A DNA stretch of 64,000 nucleotides from an uncultured Bacteroides sp. (GCA_905198575.1 CAJKDC010000003.1:2199-66198); one strand, 5' to 3'. Counted from the first letter of the stretch, positions 19,594 through 30,046 are shown. Numbers and translations are program-made. The notes: generated by a model not told the origin, from the letters alone.

Positions 19594-20053
19594 CTTTACA
19601 GTTGTCATCCTACTGATAATTTTTTTATCAGTAGGATGTACAACCAAAACTGTATATCACTCCTACCAGTCCATAAAAGAAAGTGGCTGGGACAGGAAAG
19701 ATACACTAATTTTTAACCTTCCCGCAGATATAGCTCCAGGAAAATATAAAATGGAAATCGGCGTAAGAAACTCTCCCGAATATCTTTATAAGAATATATG
19801 GATAAGTATCGGCAACAACTGGGAAGATTCTCTTTTATATAAAACAGATACACTAGAATTAAATCTGACAGACGAACAGGGCAGATGGCCTTATCAAGGA
19901 AATATCAGCAATCTTTATCAATCTGTTCATCCTTATATAGAGGTTCCCGAACTTCCCCAACAGCAAAAACGCATCATAAAAATAGTACATATCATGCGTA
20001 AAAATCCGATTCAGGGAATTCAAGACATCGGTATCAAGCTAACAGCATATTAA
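19571..20053 (+). CDS. gldH: GldH-family lipoprotein
   Basis: Lipobox (LSVGC); GWDRKDTL, YLYKNIW, DTLELNL and GIQDIGI motifs; overlaps the end of ricT. Confidence 0.8.
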   Translation: MLQLNKHNFTVVILLIIFLSVGCTTKTVYHSYQSIKESGWDRKDTLIFNLPADIAPGKYKMEIGVRNSPEYLYKNIWISIGNNWEDSLLYKTDTLELNLTDEQGRWPYQGNISNLYQSVHPYIEVPELPQQQKRIIKIVHIMRKNPIQGIQDIGIKLTAY

Positions 20054-20065
20054 CAGCATCCTCTC

Positions 20066-21517
20066 CTATTGCTTTCGGCAAGCATCTATCTTCAGAAATA
20101 CAAAAAGAAGAATGGTAAATCCCCATAAAGATGAACCGCCGTAACTAAAAAATGGAAGAGGTATACCTATCACAGGTGTCAGGCCTAAAACCATACCCAC
20201 ATTAATGAATAGGTGGAAGAAAAAGATTCCCATCACAGCATATCCATACACCCTGCCAAACCGGCTGTCTTGTCTCTCCGCCAAATAAATAAGTCGGAAA
20301 ATAAATACCATAAAAAATAACAAGACTAAAGAAGAACCTACAAAACCCTGTTCCTCACCAACCGTACAAAAGATAAAGTCCGTATCTTGCTCTGGCACAT
20401 ACTTCAGCTTTGTTTGAGTTCCATTCAAAAAGCCTTTACCATAAAACCCGCCTGAACCTATGGCAATCTTACTTTGGTTTACATTATAACCTGCTCCAGC
20501 CAAATCTTCTTCCATGCCCAACAAAACTTTTATACGAACCTGCTGATGAGGCTCCAAAACATTATTAAAAACATGTTCGGCCGAATAGAGGAAAGCAACG
20601 GATCCAATGGTAAATAATGCGATATAGAAGTAATTAATAAACCTTTGAGTAATAGAAAAATAAATCAATAAGACCACCAAGATGGCACAAGCTACGACCA
20701 ATACCGTCGTTATATTATAAGGTATAACGTAAAAAGAGAATAGCGTTGCCAGTACAATCGTACTTACAGCCCCAATCAATAAACCTCTTGTGATTCGTTC
20801 ATTCTTACAATAAAAATGCACCAGTACACCCGTAATTATCATTATAAACGATAATACAGCAAAGGCACCAACCTGCGTACATTCATCAGACATATATTCC
20901 TCTCCAAAACGGATGCCCGCAACAAAATAAATCACAGCACATACCCCAGCAAGCAATATTGAGCCGGGCATGCCCTCCCGATACAACATCAGGAAAAAAG
21001 AAAGATATACCAGTGCAGATCCCGTTTCTTTTTGTGCTATAATCAACAGCATGGGTATCAAAATCAACGAAACTACAACCGCTGCATGCTTTACCTTCTG
21101 CATGGAAAAGTTATACTCATTCATAAATTTAGCCAATGCCAACGCAGTCGCAAACTTGGCAAATTCAGCAGGCTGTATACTCACAGGTCCCAATACAATC
21201 CAGGAACGTGATCCTTTAATCTCATGAGGATTAAAAATCATTCCAAAAAGCAACAGAAGCATGATACCATAGACCAGATAAGCATATGTATCAAACAAAC
21301 GGCCATCCAGCATCAGGATTACGAATCCCAACCCTATAGAACAAACAATCCACATCAGCTGCTTGCCGGCACGAGTTCCGATATCCAAAAAGTTAGGGTC
21401 ACCGTAATCATAACTGGCTCCACAGACACTGAACCAGCCACAGATTACCAAAACAAGGTATAAAACGATTGTGACCCAATCTATTGAATTCCAAATACTA
21501 TCTCTCCTGTTCTCCAT
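20066..21517 (-). CDS. rodA: Rod shape-determining SEDS glycosyltransferase RodA
   Basis: QPAEFAK, IAIGSGG, PEQDTDFIF and PFFSYGGSS motifs. Confidence 0.95.
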   Translation of the reverse strand: MENRRDSIWNSIDWVTIVLYLVLVICGWFSVCGASYDYGDPNFLDIGTRAGKQLMWIVCSIGLGFVILMLDGRLFDTYAYLVYGIMLLLLFGMIFNPHEIKGSRSWIVLGPVSIQPAEFAKFATALALAKFMNEYNFSMQKVKHAAVVVSLILIPMLLIIAQKETGSALVYLSFFLMLYREGMPGSILLAGVCAVIYFVAGIRFGEEYMSDECTQVGAFAVLSFIMIITGVLVHFYCKNERITRGLLIGAVSTIVLATLFSFYVIPYNITTVLVVACAILVVLLIYFSITQRFINYFYIALFTIGSVAFLYSAEHVFNNVLEPHQQVRIKVLLGMEEDLAGAGYNVNQSKIAIGSGGFYGKGFLNGTQTKLKYVPEQDTDFIFCTVGEEQGFVGSSLVLLFFMVFIFRLIYLAERQDSRFGRVYGYAVMGIFFFHLFINVGMVLGLTPVIGIPLPFFSYGGSSLWGFTILLFVFLKIDACRKQ

Positions 21518-23348
21518 AAACAATTCGTCTTGCTTGAATATCTGTTGCCAATAATTCACTTTCGGGCGATAACTCACCTTTCAAATATTTTTCCATCATC
21601 AGCTTGCCGATAGGAACTCCATACACTGCACCAAAACCGCCATTCTCAACATAAACAGCAATGGCTATTTTAGGATTGTTCATCGGAGCAAATCCCATAA
21701 AGGCTGAATGGTCCTTTCCTCTGTTCTGTGCCGTACCCGTCTTACCACATACTTCTATTCCAGGTATTGCGGCTCCACGACAGGTTCCTCCCAAAACTGC
21801 AGCCCGCATACCTTCTACCACCTCATCGTAGTGCACTTTATCCACCATCGTATATCGTCTCTGTGTATAAAGTGTATCCAGTTGTTCACCTTCTATCTTT
21901 TTCACAACATGCGGAGTAACAAAATATCCTCTGTTTGCTATTGTCGCACCCAGATTAGCTATCTGTAAAGGAGTCAAAGAAACTTCACCTTGACCGATAG
22001 AGATACTGATAACCGTCAAACCGTTCCAAGAACCACGATAAGCCTTGTCATAAAAACGGGCATTCGGAATCATACCTCTTTTTTCACCAGGCAAATCAAT
22101 CCCCAACGGATAACCAAATCCCATCGATACCATATAGTCACGCCATTTGTTCATCGCATTTTGTACGGAACCATATTTCTGGCGCGCCCCTATCATATAA
22201 TAAAGTCCCCAACAGAAATAAGCATTACAAGAAGTAGCCAATGCGGGAATTAGAGGAAGAGGAGAACCATGTGAGTGACATCCTACATGCAAGCCTCTAT
22301 ACGAGAAACCATGCGAACACGTATACATTGTTCCTGTATTTATAATCCCTTCCTGCAAGAAAGTTAATGCCTGAGAGGTTTTAAAAGTAGAACCAGGCGG
22401 ATACACACCCATGATTGCTCGGTTCAATAACGGTTTCCAAGGGTCACGGGATAACTTTAAATGATTCTCGCCTCTGTCACGTCCTACCATTAAATGTGGA
22501 TCGTAACTAGGTGAAGAAACCATACAAAGCACTTCACCCGTTTCCGGTTCTATAGCTACAATACTTCCTATCTTACCCTCCAACAGTCGTTCTCCCAACT
22601 GCTGCAGTTCAATATCCAGACTTAAAGTTAAGTTTTTACCCGGCACAGGAGCTTTATCCATTTTTCCATCCATATAATTCCCCTGTATACGTCCATGAGC
22701 GTCCCGAAGCAATACTTCAACTCCCTTTTCTCCTCTCAATTGCTTTTCATAAGAGCGTTCTACGCCTAGCTTTCCAATAAAGTCACCACGCAAGTAATAG
22801 TCATCTTCCTCCATCTCACGCTTAGAGACTTCCGCAATATCTCCTAAAATATGCGCCCCAGCACTATAATTATATTGTCGAATGGTACGCCGCTGGATAT
22901 ATAACCCTGGGAATTTGAAAAGCTTTTCCTGCAGAACTCCACACTCTTCGGCAGACAACTGTGTAATCAGTACCTGATGTGTGTAAGGAGAATACCCAGG
23001 ATTCAGACGTCTGTCTTTAATATCCTTGAATCTTTTCTTCAAATAATCTGGAGTGATATTCAGTGTTTTGCATAAATCCAGTGTATCCAGATTCTGCATC
23101 TCTTTCATCACAATCGTTACATCATAGGCAGGCTGGTTATACACCAGCAATTTATCATTACGATCGTATATAACTCCACGGCTTGGATAACGTATCTTTT
23201 TAAGGAAAGCATTACTGTCTGCATGCTGCTTATATTCTTCACTGACAATCTGCAATGCCAATAAACGAAATATATAAATAACAACAACGACCAGTACCGA
23301 AGCACCTATGATGTATTTCCTTCTTGACAGGTTATAATCTCTCTCCAC
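21498..23348 (-). CDS. mrdA: Penicillin-binding protein 2
   Basis: SxxK (GSTFK), SxN (SCN) and KTG motifs. Confidence 0.95.
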   Translation of the reverse strand: MERDYNLSRRKYIIGASVLVVVVIYIFRLLALQIVSEEYKQHADSNAFLKKIRYPSRGVIYDRNDKLLVYNQPAYDVTIVMKEMQNLDTLDLCKTLNITPDYLKKRFKDIKDRRLNPGYSPYTHQVLITQLSAEECGVLQEKLFKFPGLYIQRRTIRQYNYSAGAHILGDIAEVSKREMEEDDYYLRGDFIGKLGVERSYEKQLRGEKGVEVLLRDAHGRIQGNYMDGKMDKAPVPGKNLTLSLDIELQQLGERLLEGKIGSIVAIEPETGEVLCMVSSPSYDPHLMVGRDRGENHLKLSRDPWKPLLNRAIMGVYPPGSTFKTSQALTFLQEGIINTGTMYTCSHGFSYRGLHVGCHSHGSPLPLIPALATSCNAYFCWGLYYMIGARQKYGSVQNAMNKWRDYMVSMGFGYPLGIDLPGEKRGMIPNARFYDKAYRGSWNGLTVISISIGQGEVSLTPLQIANLGATIANRGYFVTPHVVKKIEGEQLDTLYTQRRYTMVDKVHYDEVVEGMRAAVLGGTCRGAAIPGIEVCGKTGTAQNRGKDHSAFMGFAPMNNPKIAIAVYVENGGFGAVYGVPIGKLMMEKYLKGELSPESELLATDIQARRIVYGEQER

Positions 23349-23850
23349 TTTTTCTATTTCTTCTTATGGCATCAACACACAATATACAAATCACTGAAGC
23401 TACTGTATCCGAAATTATCTTTAGAAACAAGTTGAACGAATGAAGCAAAGAAAAAGAATCGACCAGCAGCAATAAAACGATGTGTACAAACACCGCAATA
23501 CAAACATATTTAATATAGGAAAATTCCCCCATTGACTTCATACTGGGTTCGAAAGACTCCGACAAGTCGCGCAAAGTAAACATTCTCAATAACGGGTTTC
23601 TTATAAAAGCCAGGAACGTCGCAATAGAAGCATTTACTCCCGGTGTATTACTAAACATATCCACCAGCAATCCCAATGTTACTCCCCATCCCATCAACTC
23701 ATTCCGGCCCATGCCCGAATTACATTTCAGGATAAAATAAATATAGAGAACAGGGGTCGCATAACCGTAAATATGAACATGATTTAAAACCAAAGCTTGC
23801 AGGAGCACCAATCCAAAAAGCCACAAGCATCTTTGCAGATAAATAATCAT
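23332..23850 (-). CDS. mreD: Rod shape-determining protein MreD
   Basis: Hydrophobic protein with GLLVDMFSNTPG motif; position in the operon. Confidence 0.88.
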   Translation of the reverse strand: MIIYLQRCLWLFGLVLLQALVLNHVHIYGYATPVLYIYFILKCNSGMGRNELMGWGVTLGLLVDMFSNTPGVNASIATFLAFIRNPLLRMFTLRDLSESFEPSMKSMGEFSYIKYVCIAVFVHIVLLLLVDSFSLLHSFNLFLKIISDTVASVICILCVDAIRRNRKSGERL

Positions 23851-23853
23851 ATA

Positions 23854-24708
23854 TTATAATCCTTCATTAGCATGAATACTATTTTCCAAATTCATAATTT
23901 CCTCTTTCCGAAGAAAAGAAATTACCCTTACATCATTGAGGCTGGCAAAGTTAGTAAATAGCTTTACACGTAATAAATACGAAAGTCCGTCATGGCTGTC
24001 CTGCATATCATCTACCACTCCAACAGGAATTCCCTCTGGAAATACAGCACTATGCCCACTTGTTACAATCGTATCGCCCAATGTAAATTCAGAATGACGG
24101 GGTACATCCATAAGAAAAGCATATTGGGAATCTCCTCCCTCCCATCTTAAAACACCGAAATAATCACTTTTCTTGATTTTGCAACTGATACTGCTTTTAG
24201 AGTTAAGAACAGATATGATTACTGCATAATGCGGTGAAGTAAGATATACAATTCCTACCACTCCATTCCCATTCACAACACCCATTTCCGGACGAATACC
24301 ATCCGCCTCACCCTTGTCAATGGTAATGTAGTTATCATGACGCGTTATACTATTATTAATCACATTGGCTTTAAAGATCTCATACGCTCCCAAAGCAGTT
24401 GTATCCATTTGCTCTATCACCAGGCTATCCGATACGAAAGTAGCCAGTTTTTTCTTTAAGAACTCATTCTGCAATTCCAGTTCGACATTTCTTTGCACCA
24501 AATCATTATTTATTCCTCTCAATGAAAAATAACCTGTGATATTACTGGTTGCCTCATACATCAATCCTGTTATCCAATTTGCAGAAGTAAAAAATACACT
24601 TCCCTGATAATGATTGAAACGGAAAAGCAATGTAAAACTAAAAATCTCAAGAACAACGAAAAGAAACCAACAGTTATACTTAAGAATAAAATTAATAAGG
24701 TTCCTCAC
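23854..24708 (-). CDS. mreC: Rod shape-determining protein MreC (GTG start)
   Basis: Transmembrane segment plus coiled coil; ITIDKG and TSG…FPEGIPVG motifs. Confidence 0.92.
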   Translation of the reverse strand: MRNLINFILKYNCWFLFVVLEIFSFTLLFRFNHYQGSVFFTSANWITGLMYEATSNITGYFSLRGINNDLVQRNVELELQNEFLKKKLATFVSDSLVIEQMDTTALGAYEIFKANVINNSITRHDNYITIDKGEADGIRPEMGVVNGNGVVGIVYLTSPHYAVIISVLNSKSSISCKIKKSDYFGVLRWEGGDSQYAFLMDVPRHSEFTLGDTIVTSGHSAVFPEGIPVGVVDDMQDSHDGLSYLLRVKLFTNFASLNDVRVISFLRKEEIMNLENSIHANEGL

Positions 24709-24754
24709 TGCAAAACTTAATAGATAGATAAATAAAAGAACACACTCGGAACAC

Positions 24755-24827
24755 TGAAAATTGAAAATTGAAAACAGGATAACAAAAGCCTAAAACTTCT
24801 ATCCGATTTTCAATTATCAATTATCAA
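24755..24827. repeat. Inverted arrays of heptamer repeats between mreB and mreC
   Basis: (TGAAAAT)x~3 at 24755-24774 and TTTTCAA-TTATCAA-TTATCAA at 24807-24827. Confidence 0.85.
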
Positions 24828-24834
24828 AAAAGAT

Positions 24835-25857
24835 TTATCGCATCAAGAATGAGAAGCGATCTACATTTTTCAATGCCACTCCCGTACCTTTTGCCACACT
24901 CAGCAAAGGATCGTCTGCAATATGGAACGGAATATTAATCTTGTCTGTCAGACGTTTGTCCAATCCTCTCAACAAAGCTCCACCACCTGTCAGATAGATA
25001 CCATTCATTACAATATCTGCATAGAGTTCAGGAGGAGTGTGTTCCAAAGCACTCAACACTGCAGTTTCTATCTTAGCTATGCTTTTTTCAAGACAGTGTG
25101 CTATTTCCTGATAACATACAGGCACTTCCATCGGGAGAGCTGTGATTCTGTTTGGACCATGTACAATGAAATCCTCCGGAGCATCATCACCTAAGTCTGT
25201 TAACGCTGCACCCACATGAATCTTGATTCGTTCAGCCATACGTTCACTCACCTTTACGTTATGCTGACGGCTCATATACTCCTGAATATCAGCAGTCAGG
25301 TCATCACCTGCTACACGAATCGAGTTATTAGTTACGATACCTCCCAATGAGATAACCGCAATTTCTGTAGAACCACCACCTATATCTACAACCATATTAC
25401 CTTCCGGAGCCTCAACATCCAGACCAATACCGATAGCTGCAGCCATAGGTTCAAAAATTAAATAGACATCTCTTCCTCCAGCATGTTCAGCACTGTCGCG
25501 CACAGCACGCAGTTCTACTTCAGTACTTCCTGAAGGAACACCAATTACCATTCGAAGTGACGGAGAAAAGAAACGGTTTCCCATGTTTACCTTTTTAATA
25601 AGGCCGCGCATCATCTGTTCGCACGCATTGAAATCGGCAATAACTCCATCACGTAACGGACGGACAGTACGAATATTCGGATTTTCTTTTTCGTACATCA
25701 ACTTAGCACGCTCTCCTACCGCTATCATCTTATCTGTACGACGGTCCAATGCAACCACAGAAGGCTCGTCGATGACAATCTTGCCATTGTTCAGAATGAT
25801 GGTATTGGCTGTACCAAGGTCCATCGCAATTTCTTGTGTAAAAGAAAACAATCCCAT
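24835..25857 (-). CDS. mreB: Rod shape-determining protein MreB
   Basis: DLGTANT, DIGGGSTE and LTGGGALL actin-like motifs. Confidence 0.97.
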   Translation of the reverse strand: MGLFSFTQEIAMDLGTANTIILNNGKIVIDEPSVVALDRRTDKMIAVGERAKLMYEKENPNIRTVRPLRDGVIADFNACEQMMRGLIKKVNMGNRFFSPSLRMVIGVPSGSTEVELRAVRDSAEHAGGRDVYLIFEPMAAAIGIGLDVEAPEGNMVVDIGGGSTEIAVISLGGIVTNNSIRVAGDDLTADIQEYMSRQHNVKVSERMAERIKIHVGAALTDLGDDAPEDFIVHGPNRITALPMEVPVCYQEIAHCLEKSIAKIETAVLSALEHTPPELYADIVMNGIYLTGGGALLRGLDKRLTDKINIPFHIADDPLLSVAKGTGVALKNVDRFSFLMR

Positions 25858-25885
25858 TTTACTTTAAAATAACTCTTTTAAATTA

Positions 25886-25927
25886 AAGAGCAACGGGCAA
25901 AGGGTATTTCCCCTTGCCCTGACTCTT
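25886..25927 (-). terminator. Stem-loop between purH and mreB
   Basis: AAGAG…GGGCAA / TTGCCC…CTCTT; short U-tract on the minus strand. Confidence 0.5.
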
Positions 25928-25948
25928 CTTCTATAGATGTTTATAATA

Positions 25949-27472
25949 TTAATGTTTGAAATGACGGATACCAGTAGTTACCATTGCAATACCATGTTCA
26001 TTGCAATACTGGAAAGACTCGGCATCTCTAATTGAACCTCCAGGCTGGATAACAGCTGTCACTCCTTCGTTTCCTGCAATTTCCACACAGTCGGCAAACG
26101 GGAAGAAGGCATCACTTGCCATTACAGCTCCCTGCAAATCGAAATTGAATGATTTAGCTTTCTCGATAGCCTGTTTCAAAGCATCCACACGTGAAGTCTG
26201 ACCTACTCCACTAGCCAGCAGCTGCTTGCCTTTTGCCAGAACGATTGCATTACTCTTACTGTTCTTTACAATCTTATTGGCAAACAACATATCTTCAATT
26301 TCAGCCTGAGAAGGAGCTTTATCTGTTACCTGCTTCAAATCTTCAGGAGTTTCAATCTTAGTATCTTTATCTTGAACCAGAACACCATTCAGCAAAGAAC
26401 GGAACTGCTTAGTTGGCAGACTGGCTTTCTTACGTACCAAGATAATACGGTTTTTCTTCTGTCCCAAAACCTGTAATGCATCTACATCATAATCTGGAGC
26501 AATGATAACTTCAAAGAAAATCTTATTGATTTCTTCTGCAGTTTCCTTGTCAATTACTGCATTAGTGATCAATACACCACCAAATGCAGAAACAGGGTCA
26601 CCAGCCAAAGCATCTTTCCATGCCTCCAATACAGTTGGTCTAGAAGCCAAGCCACATGCATTGTTGTGTTTCAACACAGCAAATGTAGTTTCAGAGAATT
26701 CGTCAATCAAATCAACAGCAGCGTTAATATCCAGCAAGTTGTTATAAGAGATTTCCTTGCCATGTACCTGATCGAACATTTCGTCAAGATTTCCAAAGAA
26801 GAATCCTTTCTGATGCGGATTTTCTCCATAACGAAGCTGTTTCTGATTTTCAACAGCGCAACGGAAAGCAGAATTATCACCTCCGTCAAAGTAATTAAAG
26901 ATAGCAGAATCATAGTGAGAAGATACTGCAAATGCTTCTTTAGCCAACCAGCGACGTTCAGCACGAGTTGTAGTAGCGCCATGTTCAACAAGCATATCCA
27001 GGAAAGGACGATACTGTGCACGGCTGGCAACAATAGCTACATCATTGAAATTCTTAGCGGCAGCACGAATCAAAGAGATACCACCTATATCTATTTTTTC
27101 TATAATAGCCTGTTCTTCTGCTCCTGAAGCTACAGTAGCCTCAAACGGATACAAGTCTACAATTACCAGGTCAATTTCTGGGATTTCGTATTTTTCAATC
27201 TGCTGCAGATCCTGCTCAAGTTCACGACGGCACAAAATTCCACCAAAAACTTTCGGATGCAAAGTTTTCACTCTTCCACCCAAAATTGAAGGATATGAGG
27301 TCAAATCTTCAACAGCCTTACAAGGGAATCCAAGAGATTCAATAAACTGGCGTGTTCCACCTGTTGATAAAAACTCAACTCCATCTTCGTGAAGTTTTGT
27401 AATAATCTCATCCAAACCATCTTTGTGATAAACCGATACTAATGCGGTCTTAATTTTTTTAGCCTCAGACAT
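25949..27472 (-). CDS. purH: Bifunctional AICAR transformylase / IMP cyclohydrolase
   Basis: GRVKTLHP, IDIGG, LRYGENPHQ, KHNN, SDAFFPF and RHFKH motifs. Confidence 0.97.
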   Translation of the reverse strand: MSEAKKIKTALVSVYHKDGLDEIITKLHEDGVEFLSTGGTRQFIESLGFPCKAVEDLTSYPSILGGRVKTLHPKVFGGILCRRELEQDLQQIEKYEIPEIDLVIVDLYPFEATVASGAEEQAIIEKIDIGGISLIRAAAKNFNDVAIVASRAQYRPFLDMLVEHGATTTRAERRWLAKEAFAVSSHYDSAIFNYFDGGDNSAFRCAVENQKQLRYGENPHQKGFFFGNLDEMFDQVHGKEISYNNLLDINAAVDLIDEFSETTFAVLKHNNACGLASRPTVLEAWKDALAGDPVSAFGGVLITNAVIDKETAEEINKIFFEVIIAPDYDVDALQVLGQKKNRIILVRKKASLPTKQFRSLLNGVLVQDKDTKIETPEDLKQVTDKAPSQAEIEDMLFANKIVKNSKSNAIVLAKGKQLLASGVGQTSRVDALKQAIEKAKSFNFDLQGAVMASDAFFPFADCVEIAGNEGVTAVIQPGGSIRDAESFQYCNEHGIAMVTTGIRHFKH

Positions 27473-27500
27473 CTTCTTATATTTTTAATATATTTGATGG

Positions 27501-27508
27501 CAAAGTTA
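27501..27508 (-). promoter_or_regulatory. -7 promoter element for purH
   Basis: TAACTTTG on the minus strand. Confidence 0.65.
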
Positions 27509-27655
27509 CGAATTTTCAACCATATACAACAGCAGAAAACAATAAATAATATTGGATACTGTTTAATTTTCATCAATTGTGTCAAACCACATTCTAGCTT
27601 TCCAATTTATTCTGTAGGCTCATAGAAAGGCAGTTTCTTCACCCGTCCCCGAAAT

Positions 27656-27712
27656 TGTAACAGAAATGTAATATGTATGACATTTTATTCTAACATGAAG
27701 AATCTACTTTTG
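27656..27712 (+). promoter_or_regulatory. 11-bp-periodic PHO-box-like direct repeats plus -7 element of the phosphate transporter
   Basis: TGTAACA (27656), TGTAATA (27667), degenerate TGACATT (27678), TCTAACA (27689), then TACTTTTG at 27705. Confidence 0.6.
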
Positions 27713-27736
27713 CCCACAAACAAATTAACAAACTAT

Positions 27737-30046
27737 ATGGAAACAGTCTATTTAGGAATAATCATTTTCCTGTTTGTACTGGCAGTCTTCGACTTGCTGG
27801 TAGGTGTCAGTAACGATGCCGTGAATTTTATGAACTCCGCCGTGGGTGCAAAAGTCGCAAAATTCAAGACTATTGTATTTGTTGCAGCACTAGGCGTCTT
27901 CATTGGAGCCGTAATGAGTAACGGAATGATGGACATTGCCCGTCATGGTATCTTCCAACCGGCTAATTTCTCTTTCTACGAGATCATGTGTATCTTGCTG
28001 GCGGTTATGATTACCGACGTTGTTCTTTTGGACGTATTCAACACGCTGGGTCTTCCTACATCAACTACCGTATCAATGGTATTCGAATTACTGGGTGGTA
28101 CATTTATCCTGGCTATTATCAAAATCATAGGCGATGAGACCGGATTATTATCTATCGGAGACTTAATGAATACAGAAAAAGCGTTGTCTGTCATCATGGG
28201 TATCTTCCTTTCAGTAGCTATTGCTTTCATTGCTGGTACATTCGTACAATACGTTTCTCGTCTGATTTTCAGCTTTAATTATAAGAAAAAACTTTCTTGG
28301 ACCATCGGTCTTTTCGGTGGTATCTCTACTACAGCCCTATCTTATTTTATCCTGATTAAAGGTCTGAAAGGCACTCCATTTATCTCTGCTGAAACTACAA
28401 CATGGATTAACGACAATTCTACCTACCTGTTGATAGGCTGCTTCATATTCTTTACAGTGCTCATGCAAATCCTGCACTGGTGTAAAATCAACGTATTCAA
28501 AATCATTATTCTTTTAGGAACATTCTCACTGGCACTTGCATTTGCAGGTAACGACTTGGTTAACTTCATCGGTGTTCCTTTGGCCGGATTCTCTGCTTAT
28601 ACCGACTATCTTGCTAACAACAATGGAGCCGACATCTACTCATTCATGATGTCTTCATTGCAATCATCTGCTACAACCCCTCCTATCTTCTTGTTTGCAG
28701 CAGGTTTGATCATGGTATTTGCATTGGCAACTTCCAAGAAAGCGCAGAACGTTATTAAAACTTCTGTAGATTTGGCACGTCAGGAAGAAGGTGAAGAAAT
28801 GTTCGGTTCATCCGGTGTTGCTCGCGTTATTGTTCGTCGCGCTACCGCTCTGAATGATTTTATCGTAAAGACTATTCCGCCCAGCACACGTAACTGGATT
28901 AACTCTCGATTCAATAAAGATGAAATGATTCTTGAGAATGGTGCAGCATTTGACTTGGTACGTGCATCCGTAAACCTGGTTCTTTCCGGATTGCTGATTA
29001 TCATCGGTACAACCATGAAATTGCCCCTTTCTACTACCTACGTAACATTCATCGTAGCCATGGGTTCTTCACTGGCCGACCGTGCATGGGGACGTGAAAC
29101 TGCCGTTTACCGTATCACCGGTGTACTGTCAGTAATTGGTGGATGGTTCATTACTGCATTCGTTGCCTTTACCGTATGTGCTCTTATTACTGTAATCATT
29201 TTCTATACAAGCTTCATCGGTATGTTGGCAATGATTGCAATCGCAATTTTCATCTTAGTAAGAAGCCACATCACTTACTCACAGAAAGAAAAAGCAGAGA
29301 AGAAAGACGATATCTTCAAGCAAATGATGAACAGCAAAGATAAAAACGAAACATGGGAGCTGCTTCGTCAACACGTACGCCAGACTTTCACCAGCTATAT
29401 GGACTACAGTTCGTCTACATACAAACAGGTAACTGACGGTTTCATGAAAGAAGACCTGAAAATGCTTCGCAAAGCCATGAATAATACCGACAGCCAGAAA
29501 AAGAATCTGAAAAAGCTCAGACGTAAAGAGCTGTTGGGATTAAGAAAAATTTCCATCAACATCGCTTTGGAAAAGAATACCTGGTTCCATCTGGGAAGCA
29601 ACAGCTGCGAAGAAATGCTTTACTGTTTGAAACGTATCTGCGAGCCTTGCAAGGAACATGTCGATAATAACTTCAGCCCGCTAACTTCCGACTGTGTTAC
29701 AGAGTTCCTGCCAATACGTAACGAAATGTGCGAATTAATGGGACGTACACAGAATGCAATTGAAACGAACAATTATGAAGATTCAAATGACATTCTTGTT
29801 AAAGGCGACGAATTAAAAAACAAAATTTCAGCTATGCGCAAGGTACAGATGAACCGTATGCAAGACAATACTACCAACCTGCGAGCTTCTTTGGTTTATT
29901 TGAATATATTACAGGAATCACAAGAGTTGGTAAGTGTATGGAGACATTTGCTTCGCGCAAGTAAACGCTTCCAGGAAGAATCAACCGAACAGGTTCAAGA
30001 AGAAGAATCATTGCTGGAAGATAAGCTTAGCATTAAAAACGCATAA
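27737..30046 (+). CDS. Inorganic phosphate transporter (PiT/PHO4 family) with a C-terminal helical, PhoU-like region
   Basis: GVSNDAVN, GLPTSTT, AGNDLVN and LPLSTTY signatures; soluble helical C-terminus. Confidence 0.85.
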   Translation: METVYLGIIIFLFVLAVFDLLVGVSNDAVNFMNSAVGAKVAKFKTIVFVAALGVFIGAVMSNGMMDIARHGIFQPANFSFYEIMCILLAVMITDVVLLDVFNTLGLPTSTTVSMVFELLGGTFILAIIKIIGDETGLLSIGDLMNTEKALSVIMGIFLSVAIAFIAGTFVQYVSRLIFSFNYKKKLSWTIGLFGGISTTALSYFILIKGLKGTPFISAETTTWINDNSTYLLIGCFIFFTVLMQILHWCKINVFKIIILLGTFSLALAFAGNDLVNFIGVPLAGFSAYTDYLANNNGADIYSFMMSSLQSSATTPPIFLFAAGLIMVFALATSKKAQNVIKTSVDLARQEEGEEMFGSSGVARVIVRRATALNDFIVKTIPPSTRNWINSRFNKDEMILENGAAFDLVRASVNLVLSGLLIIIGTTMKLPLSTTYVTFIVAMGSSLADRAWGRETAVYRITGVLSVIGGWFITAFVAFTVCALITVIIFYTSFIGMLAMIAIAIFILVRSHITYSQKEKAEKKDDIFKQMMNSKDKNETWELLRQHVRQTFTSYMDYSSSTYKQVTDGFMKEDLKMLRKAMNNTDSQKKNLKKLRRKELLGLRKISINIALEKNTWFHLGSNSCEEMLYCLKRICEPCKEHVDNNFSPLTSDCVTEFLPIRNEMCELMGRTQNAIETNNYEDSNDILVKGDELKNKISAMRKVQMNRMQDNTTNLRASLVYLNILQESQELVSVWRHLLRASKRFQEESTEQVQEEESLLEDKLSIKNA

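Noticed and set aside
27473..27510. ZTP riboswitch before purH
   Set aside because: The promoter position leaves only a ~20-nt leader with no matching structure.
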